Positions 1 through 8,106 of a stretch of 50,836 bases of DNA are shown here, piece after piece. The first letter of the stretch is position 1. The number at the start of each line of letters is the position of its first letter. Location: positions 1 through 50,836 of the forward strand of contig CAZPQW010000020.1 of assembly GCA_964588985.1 (NCBI GenBank). Reading direction: 5' to 3'. The DNA is from an uncultured Solirubrobacteraceae bacterium. Lineage in GTDB: Bacteria; Actinomycetota; Thermoleophilia; Solirubrobacterales; Solirubrobacteraceae. Under the pieces are notes generated by a model. It was not told the DNA's origin. It made no database searches and was given only the letters and a program-made list of their open reading frames with translations. The translations under genes were made by a program, and so were the position numbers.

Positions 1-939
1 CCGGCGCTCGCCGCGGGCAACACGGTGGTGCTGAAGCCCGCCGAGCTGACGCCGCTGACGGCGCTTCGCTTCGCGGAGCTGGCGCTCGCGGCGGGCATCC
101 CCGAGGGCGTCGTGAATGTGGTCGTCGGCCCGGGCCGCACGTGCGGTCAGCGCCTGGTGGAGCACCCGGACGTGAACAAGATCGCGTTCACCGGCTCGAC
201 CGAGGTGGGCGCGTCGATCGCGGCGGGCGCAGCGGCGACGATCAAGCGCGTGACGCTCGAGCTGGGCGGCAAGTCTGCGAACGTGATCTTCGCCGACGCC
301 GACCTCGAGGCGGCCGCCGCGGCGGCGCCGGGGGCGGTGTTCGGCAACGCCGGGCAGGACTGCTGCGCGCGCTCGCGCATCCTCGTCCAGGAGGACGTGC
401 TCGACCGTTTCCTGGAGCTGCTCGAGGTCGAGGTGAAGGCGCTGCGCGTGGGCGACCCGTTGGAGGAGTCCACGCAGATGGGCCCGCTGATCTCAGCGGC
501 GCAGCGCGAGACCGTCTCATCTTTTTTGGAGGATGACGTGTCGGTCGCGTTTCGTGGCAGCGCGCCGGCGGGACCGGGCTTCTGGTTCGCGCCGACGGTC
601 CTCTCCCCCGTGCGCTCGACCGATCGGGTCGCGCGCGAGGAGGTTTTCGGGCCGATCGCCGCTGTGATTGCGTTTCGCGACGAGGCCGACGCGGTGCGGC
701 TGGCGAACGACACGGTGTATGGGCTGTCGGGCTCGATCTGGACGCGCGACGGCGCGCGCGCGTTGCGTGTGGCGCGCGCGATCGACACAGGCGTGCTGTC
801 CATCAACGCGAACACGTCGGTGCGCGTGAGCACGCCGTTCGGGGGCTTCAAGCAGTCCGGCTACGGGCGCGAGCTGGGGCCGCACGCGCTCGAGGCCTAC
901 ACCGAGGTGAAGACGATCTACTACGCGACGGAGGAATGA
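1..939 (+). CDS. NAD(P)-dependent aldehyde dehydrogenase (5'-truncated by window edge)
   Basis: Frame open from base 1 (PALAAGNTVVLKP); motifs FTGSTEVG, LELGGKS (catalytic Glu), NAGQDCC (catalytic Cys), EEVFGP, PFGGFKQSG. Confidence 0.96.
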   Translation, partial: PALAAGNTVVLKPAELTPLTALRFAELALAAGIPEGVVNVVVGPGRTCGQRLVEHPDVNKIAFTGSTEVGASIAAGAAATIKRVTLELGGKSANVIFADADLEAAAAAAPGAVFGNAGQDCCARSRILVQEDVLDRFLELLEVEVKALRVGDPLEESTQMGPLISAAQRETVSSFLEDDVSVAFRGSAPAGPGFWFAPTVLSPVRSTDRVAREEVFGPIAAVIAFRDEADAVRLANDTVYGLSGSIWTRDGARALRVARAIDTGVLSINANTSVRVSTPFGGFKQSGYGRELGPHALEAYTEVKTIYYATEE

Positions 940-1703
940 TGGCCCAAGCGGGCAGACTGCAGGGACGCGTGTGCGTCGTCACGGGAGCGAGCGGCGGGAT
1001 CGGCGCGGCGACCGTGGAGATATTCCAGCGCGAGGGCGCGACCGTCGTGGGCGTCGACCTGCTCGACGGCGCCCCCGGCGACCTGGCGCTGCAGGTGGAC
1101 GTCACCAGCGAGGATCAGGTCAAGGGCGCGTTCGAGCGAGTGCGCGAGGAGTACGGGCGGATCGACGTGCTGTTCAACAACGCCGGCATCTCCCCCAACG
1201 ACGACGCATCGGTGTTGGACACCACGCTCGAGGCGTGGGAGCGCGTGCAGATGGTGAACCTGCGCAGCGTGTTTTTGTGCTGCAAGCACGGCATCCCCCA
1301 CCTCTTGGAGAACGACGGCCCGCTGCGCGGATCGGTGATCAACACCGCGTCGTTCGTCGCGGTGATGGGCGCCGCCACCTCGCAGATCTCCTACACAGCG
1401 TCCAAGGGCGGGGTGCTGGCGCTCTCGCGCGAGCTGGGCGTGGAGTTCGCGCGCCGCGGCGTGCGCGTCAACGCGCTGTGCCCCGGTCCGGTGGACACGC
1501 CGCTGTTGAAAGAGCTGTTCGCGAAGGACCCCGAGAAGGCCGCGCGACGGCTCGTGCACGTGCCGATGGGCCGCTTCGCGCGCTCGGAGGAGATCGCCAA
1601 CGGCGTGCTGTTCCTCGCGAGCGACGAGTCGAGCTTTGTGACCGCATCGACGTTCCTCGTGGACGGCGGGCTGAGCGGAGCCTACACCACCCCGCTCGAC
1701 TGA
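936..1703 (+). CDS. Short-chain dehydrogenase/reductase (3-oxoacyl-ACP reductase-like)
   Basis: TGASGGIG Rossmann motif, NNAG, YTASK catalytic YxxxK; ATGA overlap with upstream gene. Confidence 0.95.
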   Translation: MMAQAGRLQGRVCVVTGASGGIGAATVEIFQREGATVVGVDLLDGAPGDLALQVDVTSEDQVKGAFERVREEYGRIDVLFNNAGISPNDDASVLDTTLEAWERVQMVNLRSVFLCCKHGIPHLLENDGPLRGSVINTASFVAVMGAATSQISYTASKGGVLALSRELGVEFARRGVRVNALCPGPVDTPLLKELFAKDPEKAARRLVHVPMGRFARSEEIANGVLFLASDESSFVTASTFLVDGGLSGAYTTPLD

Positions 1704-1733
1704 GCCCGCCCGCCCCCAGCAACCAGCAGCGCC

Positions 1734-1848
1734 CTCAATAGGATTGGAGTATGCTCAGCCCCGTCGACCACGTTGGCTACCTCGTCCGGGACCTCGACGC
1801 CGCCGTGGCCGAGTTCTCCGAGAGGTTCGGGCTGGAGGTGGTGCGGCC
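1734..1848 (+). repeat. 115-bp direct repeat copy 1 (RBS plus 5' end of VOC gene)
   Basis: Identical to 2887-3001 except one base (1750 T vs 2903 A); offset 1153 bp. Confidence 0.97.
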
Positions 1849-1879
1849 TGCGCTCTCGACCATAGCGGCGGATGAGTGA
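1751..1879 (+). pseudogene. Truncated copy of the VOC-family gene (42 aa)
   Basis: First 33 residues match the 2904-3323 product (MLSPVDHVGYLVRDLD...EVVRP), then ALSTIAADE and stop. Confidence 0.85.
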
Positions 1880-1931
1880 CTGACCTCCCATCCGCCACCT
1901 CGCGCCTACCGACGCGGCTCCATAAGCATAC

Positions 1932-2504
1932 CTAGACCCATTTAATGACACCACCGTTCTCTATTTTAAATAACACACCAGCCGTGTAAATTCCGGTTTT
2001 GTCGGTGGCGTATGTACATAGCGCCCCAGCGCCAGTCGATGATATTTCCGCGACTTTCGCAAACATTAAGATTTCGCTGCCGATGTTGTTGTAAGTAATC
2101 GTTTTGAGTCCCGACTGTGCTGAAATTGTGACTTCACATTTTAGCCCTGCGGCCACAATGGTCACTTTGATCGGTTTGAGGATAGCTACCGTACCTTCGG
2201 CATTGAATTCATATTCTGTGTTGATCGGTTCCGTCACCGTCCCCATGGCGCTGCTGCAGCCTGTGTAGGAACCCGTAACAACCTCGGTTTTGGTTTTGAG
2301 TAGGCTGATAGAACCGTGAGCATTGAACGATGCGCATGCAAGATGGACCACTCCAAGCTTGAATAACTGAGGCCCATGGGATTTGAGTAAAGCTAATACC
2401 GTCGCGGATGCTTCGAATTCATGCGCAGACGCGCCTGTCACGGATATTGCGCCCAACGCGAGCACGGCCACAAGAGAGACACTGAAGGTCTTTAGTAATC
2501 GCAT
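1932..2504 (-). CDS. Secreted Cys-containing beta-rich protein, paralog 1
   Basis: ATG at 2504 with GGGGAG RBS; signal peptide ending TGASA|HEF; 4 Cys; colinear paralog of 10565-11134; visibly AT-richer than the flanks. Confidence 0.88.
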   Translation of the reverse strand: MRLLKTFSVSLVAVLALGAISVTGASAHEFEASATVLALLKSHGPQLFKLGVVHLACASFNAHGSISLLKTKTEVVTGSYTGCSSAMGTVTEPINTEYEFNAEGTVAILKPIKVTIVAAGLKCEVTISAQSGLKTITYNNIGSEILMFAKVAEISSTGAGALCTYATDKTGIYTAGVLFKIENGGVIKWV

Positions 2505-2624
2505 GGCACACTCCCCTTTCGATCTGAGTACATCGAGTTTGCTTAGAGCCATCTGCCCTAAATGTCACCGCGCCAGCAGACATCAGCGCAGAGACCCATT
2601 TGAGCCACGTCTTCTGACTACCCG

Positions 2625-2653
2625 AATCTGGCAGCCGTATAGCTATCTGTCAA
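2625..2653 (-). promoter_or_regulatory. Putative sigma-70 promoter TTGACA-N17-CAGATT
   Basis: Perfect -35 at 2648-2653; the same arrangement is conserved upstream of paralog 2. Confidence 0.6.
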
Positions 2654-2886
2654 GGCCTGGCTTGATCGTGCGGAACCAGCCAGAGCTCTCGCGACGCCAA
2701 GCCGCACGGAAGAGCGGTATTCAGAGCACGGAAACGCCGCTGGCAATTAAGGACGTGTGTCTGTCTCCGGCCTCGGCCGGCCCTCCACAACGATGTGACA
2801 CGCAAAACGCAGGAGCGTCTGCGGTCCGATCGGCGGGGCGCGTGATCGCATGCCAGCGTCCGCCGGATCAGGCTCGCGATCGCGCT

Positions 2887-3001
2887 CTCAATAGGATTGG
2901 AGAATGCTCAGCCCCGTCGACCACGTTGGCTACCTCGTCCGGGACCTCGACGCCGCCGTGGCCGAGTTCTCCGAGAGGTTCGGGCTGGAGGTGGTGCGGC
3001 C
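2887..3001 (+). repeat. 115-bp direct repeat copy 2
   Basis: Matches 1734-1848 with one mismatch. Confidence 0.97.
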
Positions 3002-3323
3002 CGTCGTGCTGCCGCAGTACTCGATTCTCGGCCAGTATCTCGGGGAGGGAACCGGCAGTGTCGAGCTGTTCACGATCACCGACGCGGAGCTTCTCGACGC
3101 GCGGCTCGGCGATCAGAGCATCGTGCTCGACCATGCCGCCTATGAAGTCGCCGACATCGACGCGGTGGCGGCCGCCTGGCATGAGCGAGGGATTCGCTTC
3201 ACAGGGCCGGACAGGCGCGAAGAGGTTCTTCAGCCGATCCCACTCGGCGGGGTGCGGCACCTGTGGACTGTCCCGCAGACCAGCTGCGGGCAGTCCTTTC
3301 AGCTGTTGGAGCGACGAGCATAG
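2904..3323 (+). CDS. VOC (glyoxalase / methylmalonyl-CoA epimerase-like) family protein
   Basis: DHVGYLVRDLDAA N-terminal motif, VELF, second DHAAYEVADIDA repeat; GGAG RBS. Confidence 0.88.
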   Translation: MLSPVDHVGYLVRDLDAAVAEFSERFGLEVVRPVVLPQYSILGQYLGEGTGSVELFTITDAELLDARLGDQSIVLDHAAYEVADIDAVAAAWHERGIRFTGPDRREEVLQPIPLGGVRHLWTVPQTSCGQSFQLLERRA

Positions 3324-3496
3324 GTCGCGACGGATGAGCATGACAGCCGTTGTCGCCCGCCCGCTATGCCACCACGGCCTTCATCGTACGCCTGTGCGAC
3401 TATTAAGGGGCCGGAACGGCGTGCGCGCGAGCCGATCCTGCTGGGCGGGTGCGGTACCCGTGGACTTTCCACTCAGCTGATGCAGCGCTGAGCGTT

Positions 3497-6400
3497 CTAA
3501 CCCTTCTTCTTGCTGCTCTTCTTGACTTTGTGTTTCTTGGGGCAGCCGGTGACACTGATTCTGGTGGTCTTTTCGATGAACGCGCCGTTCTGGCCCGTGA
3601 TCTGGGTCGGCATCAGCAGCCGCTGCCCGCACATGCTGTGTTTCGCCTTCGCGGGCAAGAAAGTGGCGAGCGCCGAGTGCGGACCCTCCGGCAGGGTCAG
3701 TTCAATCGTGTTGATCGGCGCGTCGGGGATTGTGCTGAACGTGCTCGTGGTGATCCCGTTCTTGATCTTCGTCTTGCCGTCCTGGATCAACGTGACCCCT
3801 TCGCTCTGAAGCACCAACTCCAGATCCGGAGTCCCCGCACTACCATGCGACACCAGATACGCCGGACCCGTGAACGGGGTCTCCAGCAGCGGCGTGACAG
3901 CCTTTGCGGCCCCGACCAGCGACCCCGCAGGGCAGGACGCCGGGTTCGCTTCGAAGACCGCAGCTACACATGCTTTCTGCAGCGTCGAGAACCGCGACGG
4001 CAGCTGCTTCGGCAGAGCCACCTTGATCTTCGACAGGCTCGCCTGCCCCGACCCCGACGTGATCTTCACGCGCAGCGACGCACCACCAGCTTTGCTGCTC
4101 TTCGCCTGCGTGGACACCGCGAACGTCGGCTCGAACGCCAACTTCGCGCAGTTCGCGACCTGGAAAGGTGCCGATACTTCCTTGCTAGCGCCCGCGGTTC
4201 CGGTGATCTTCCCCGTGATTGCGAGCTGATCGCAGTCCGTCGGGTTGAACGTGAACCCGGGCCGGTCGAGCGTCACTATGACCCGCTTGAGCGTCACTGG
4301 GACACCCGCACCCGCACCCAAGAGCATCGTCGGGAGCGAATCCGAGACCACCGTGGCCTGCGCCGTGGTCGGGTTGATCCGGATCGAGCCACGAACCACG
4401 ACCGTCCCCAGGTTGAACGGGCCCGCGACCGCCGGAACCTCCACCACCTCACCAAACGGGCCACCGTTATACGGACCGGTGAGATAGATATGACCCTGCA
4501 CGGAGATCGGATCCGGACCAGCCCCGGCATATGCCGTGACCGTACCGATCTGCGAGGCGGCCGGACATTCTCCCGCCGCAGCTTCGGTAGAGCCGCACAG
4601 TGGAACGCCAGCCAGCTTCGCCAACAGGCCCGGCGAGAGCGTCGTTTCCAGTCCGGCGATTCCCTGTTCGCCGTCTTGGCGGGAGAACACAAGCGTGAAC
4701 GGGCTGAACGTGCCAGCCTGGGCTGACTGGGTGCCTGCCGTGAACGCGGGAGTGAAGGCTCCGGACGGACACGGCGAACCGCCAGGTCCGGAGGTGATCG
4801 CAAACGGCTGGATGACTGGACTGACTCCCGAACTCGGCTCCGCCCAGGAGTCAAAGGAAGTCACCCAATCTGAGAAGGAGCCGCACATCGACGGTGTCGC
4901 GAGCGGGGCGCGCGGTCCGCCGAAAAACTGAAGCTTCAGATCTTCGAACGGGAGTTGCGGTATGTCGCTGAACGTAGCCGTTACCTGACCGGTGGCGGAG
5001 TCGAGCGTGACCTTGCCTGGCTGCTTGACTACTACCCCCGTTTGCGGATCGTCGATGGCGATGTAGAGCGCGATCAGTGAGCTAAATGGGTTTGAGCCCT
5101 GTGCTGCGCCCGCGTTCCCTTGCTGGGCGATGTAGATCGCCCCGTGGAGCGGATGGTCCACAAGGGGGCTGACGAGTTCGACACTGCCCACCTTCGACGA
5201 ATCCGGACACGCTGCAGGACTGGGCCCCCGCAGTTCGATCTGGGCTTCGGAGCACGCTGTCAGACCTCCGGCACCAGCCGGGTTGATGACCAACCCGCGT
5301 GGCAACGTGACGGTCGTGTCCTTCAAGTCGGCCTCCGCGAGCCCATTGGGGTTTTCTTCCTGCGGAACGTGGAGATCGACGTCAAGCCCGGTCGGCGAGT
5401 CCGAGGCGGTAGCTTCCGGTCGAACGCGAATGGTCGGTGAAAAGGGAAGTCGTTCGCAGCCAGTGATGGCCGGTGCTTCCGCGCCAAGCTGGGCAAACTC
5501 GCCTGGGGCCTGGTAGCTGTCCGCCGAGACCGCTGCCTTGAGCGGAGTCCTGGGGCAAGCAGTCGGATTGGTCAGGAATGGCCGCAGCGGCACGCTGACT
5601 GGGCAGTTGAGATGGTAGCCGCTCGGTCCACCGCGACAGCTTCGCTCTTCGTCGTGGCTCGGGTCCGCAGGCACACCCCAGATTGTCACCCGGACGCCCG
5701 TGACAGACTCCAGGGTGGTGATGTTGAGGCTGTCCGCGTTGATGCCGTAGTCCGAGCCTGATCGCACATGGGCATCGATGAAGGCACTCGCGAATTTGTT
5801 GAACCTACTGCCGAACTCGGCGGCCACGCCACGCGGCGGCACGAGGTTGAAGAGCGGCTCGGGTTCGACCGCTTCTCCCGTGGTCTGGACTTCGATGAGC
5901 CCAACTTGCGATGCGCCACTGCAGCTCTGCTGTTCGGAGTCATAGCGCGTACACTTCGCCGTGGCCTGAGGATTGCCTATGAGCCCAGCCGGAAGCTGCA
6001 CACTTACGTCCTTGAGCGTGCCGGTCGGCGCTTCGTTACCGAAGTGATCGGTCGTCGTGTCGAGAGCGATCTTCGTGACGAGCTCGTAAGGGTGCCCACC
6101 GGCTTGCGTGTAGGACTGTCCCCCTTGTTCCAGATCCTCGAATACGAATTCTGCCAGCCCAAAGGTCATGAACGTTTGATCCTGGCTGCGCTGTTCGCCG
6201 AATTCGTTGCTGACGAAGAACCGGAAATGATATGTGGTGCCGGGCGCCAGCGCAGTGGGACGCGCAAGCGCGTACAGTTCTCCTTCGGAGCCAGCTAGTT
6301 CTGCGGGCTTGCACGGCACTATCGTTGGATTTGCGTAGCGGGTGGCGACAAACTGGGCTTCGGTTACGTATTCAATCTCGCACGCACTTCGTGTGCCGAA

Positions 6401-8053
6401 GTCTTCCACCTTCGCCTTGAGCGTTGCTTCGTGCGGTCCAGCTACCCAAGAGATGCTTTCGACGTTAGCTGGCAACATGGTAGTGAAGGTGCTGTCACCG
6501 CCCGCCACCACGCTTGTGTTCGTCGCGACGAATCTGAAGTGATAGGCCCTCCCAACGTTCAAGCCTTTGATTTCTTGATCGACGGTCTGCCTCGTGGTCC
6601 CCGAGCCTATGTCGACCGGCGAAACCGGCAGAGTATTGCCGTACGCTTCGGTTTCGCCGTATTCAACCTCGTAAGTCGTGTCGAATCCATGTGGATTGAT
6701 TTCTGCCTGCAGGGTTGCCGCATTGCGCGTGATTGATACGGCGGCCTCCCCATCGATGGTCGGCGGGCCTGTTGTTTCGAGGGTCTTATCTTCGCTATGG
6801 GCCGTGCCGTTGGTGTTGCTGGCGGCGATGCGGAAATGGTATCCAGTGTCAGGGGCAAGGCCCGTGATTGTCGCGGTCACCTCGGTCGGGGATGAGTACG
6901 GAGGCGCAGGTGAGCATGATGTCACTTCCCCATAGCCCGTGGACGTGCCATATTCGAAATCGCACGCAGTCACTTCACCGCCGCCTGCCGGGTCAACGTG
7001 TCCATGGAGAGTAGCGCCTGTCTGTTCTACACTTGTGGCTTCCAGGCCGCTGAGGTCAGGGATTGTGATGGCAGGCCCGAACACGTCCACAACACCGTTG
7101 GTGATATCACTGACATACAGCTTTCCCGTTTTCGCAGAGATCGCCAGCCCGCTAGGAAAGCCCCCGTTGGGGATGGCAGTTTCCGAGACAATCGTTCCTG
7201 TGGGAGCGAACTCGTCGACACCGTTTGCAGTCGATACGTATAGATCACCAGATGTCGGATCCACGACAGCGCGATATGCAAAGCCAAACGGACCAACGGG
7301 GGTACCCGTAAGTGCTGACTGATAAGCTCCGGATGAATCGAACACGTCCACGGTGCCCTTACCAGAGTCGACTGCGTATACGTCGCCGAATGACGGGCTC
7401 GTGGGATCGTCGTCAACGGCCACTCCGTTTACTTCCGCGAATTCTTCGCCTTCCGCACCAGCGGTGGCGAACTGACTAAGTGATTTAGTTCCCGGATCGT
7501 ATCTAAAGACAGCCTTCGCAGTCGCGATCAGAACCCTGTCGGAACCATCAATCGCGATTGCTGTCGGTATCCCTTCACCTAGTTCTATCGAGACTTTGAG
7601 GTCTTCTCCCGCCGGACCGAACTCGTCGACTAGGTGCCCTCCCGGGTCACCGATAAAGACATCGCCGCTCGAGTTGACAGCGCCCTCCGTCGTAAACACG
7701 CCAGCACTCGAGAAGGCACCGCCTTCCGGGCCTGCTATGGACGGCGGCAGATACGTGCCTGACGCGTCGAACTTCTCAACCGTTCGGCTCGCAAAATCCG
7801 TTACGTAAACGTCACCGGCCGACGCGCTAGGCGAGTTGTCAATCGCCACACCGAAGGGGGAGATGCCGCCACTCGGTGTTCCGCTGCCATCGAAGCTCGA
7901 AAGAAGGAGATGAACCTGCGAAGCGGATGCCGACGAGCAGCCCAGCGCGAAGGCGACCGTGAAGACCGCAAGCCCAGCAGCGAGTCGACTGAAGCTTGAG
8001 CCAAGATCGACCTGGATCCGGCTCGACATCGTGCCAGTCCTCTTGGTGTTCAT
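3497..8053 (-). CDS. Giant secreted protein: NHL-type beta-propeller, 3 FN3-like repeats, 4 Cys-containing internal repeats, Lys-rich tail
   Basis: ATG 8053 after a GGGGGAG RBS; hydrophobic signal region ending SASA; GDVYVTD-type NHL repeats; ATLx..EY..YHFR FN3-like repeats; C-terminus CPKKHKVKKSSKKKG. Confidence 0.85.
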   Translation of the reverse strand: MNTKRTGTMSSRIQVDLGSSFSRLAAGLAVFTVAFALGCSSASASQVHLLLSSFDGSGTPSGGISPFGVAIDNSPSASAGDVYVTDFASRTVEKFDASGTYLPPSIAGPEGGAFSSAGVFTTEGAVNSSGDVFIGDPGGHLVDEFGPAGEDLKVSIELGEGIPTAIAIDGSDRVLIATAKAVFRYDPGTKSLSQFATAGAEGEEFAEVNGVAVDDDPTSPSFGDVYAVDSGKGTVDVFDSSGAYQSALTGTPVGPFGFAYRAVVDPTSGDLYVSTANGVDEFAPTGTIVSETAIPNGGFPSGLAISAKTGKLYVSDITNGVVDVFGPAITIPDLSGLEATSVEQTGATLHGHVDPAGGGEVTACDFEYGTSTGYGEVTSCSPAPPYSSPTEVTATITGLAPDTGYHFRIAASNTNGTAHSEDKTLETTGPPTIDGEAAVSITRNAATLQAEINPHGFDTTYEVEYGETEAYGNTLPVSPVDIGSGTTRQTVDQEIKGLNVGRAYHFRFVATNTSVVAGGDSTFTTMLPANVESISWVAGPHEATLKAKVEDFGTRSACEIEYVTEAQFVATRYANPTIVPCKPAELAGSEGELYALARPTALAPGTTYHFRFFVSNEFGEQRSQDQTFMTFGLAEFVFEDLEQGGQSYTQAGGHPYELVTKIALDTTTDHFGNEAPTGTLKDVSVQLPAGLIGNPQATAKCTRYDSEQQSCSGASQVGLIEVQTTGEAVEPEPLFNLVPPRGVAAEFGSRFNKFASAFIDAHVRSGSDYGINADSLNITTLESVTGVRVTIWGVPADPSHDEERSCRGGPSGYHLNCPVSVPLRPFLTNPTACPRTPLKAAVSADSYQAPGEFAQLGAEAPAITGCERLPFSPTIRVRPEATASDSPTGLDVDLHVPQEENPNGLAEADLKDTTVTLPRGLVINPAGAGGLTACSEAQIELRGPSPAACPDSSKVGSVELVSPLVDHPLHGAIYIAQQGNAGAAQGSNPFSSLIALYIAIDDPQTGVVVKQPGKVTLDSATGQVTATFSDIPQLPFEDLKLQFFGGPRAPLATPSMCGSFSDWVTSFDSWAEPSSGVSPVIQPFAITSGPGGSPCPSGAFTPAFTAGTQSAQAGTFSPFTLVFSRQDGEQGIAGLETTLSPGLLAKLAGVPLCGSTEAAAGECPAASQIGTVTAYAGAGPDPISVQGHIYLTGPYNGGPFGEVVEVPAVAGPFNLGTVVVRGSIRINPTTAQATVVSDSLPTMLLGAGAGVPVTLKRVIVTLDRPGFTFNPTDCDQLAITGKITGTAGASKEVSAPFQVANCAKLAFEPTFAVSTQAKSSKAGGASLRVKITSGSGQASLSKIKVALPKQLPSRFSTLQKACVAAVFEANPASCPAGSLVGAAKAVTPLLETPFTGPAYLVSHGSAGTPDLELVLQSEGVTLIQDGKTKIKNGITTSTFSTIPDAPINTIELTLPEGPHSALATFLPAKAKHSMCGQRLLMPTQITGQNGAFIEKTTRISVTGCPKKHKVKKSSKKKG

Positions 8054-8106
8054 GCCTTCTCCCCCCGTCAAACCATGGATGATCGACCTCTGGTGCCTGC
8101 GACGTC

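Noticed and set aside
3449-4726. Long alternative-frame or antisense ORFs (also 12091-13401, 18399-19769, 22524-23627, 41890-43449)
   Set aside because: Arg/Ala/Pro-rich shadow ORFs expected in high-GC DNA, overlapping well-supported genes, with no family motifs
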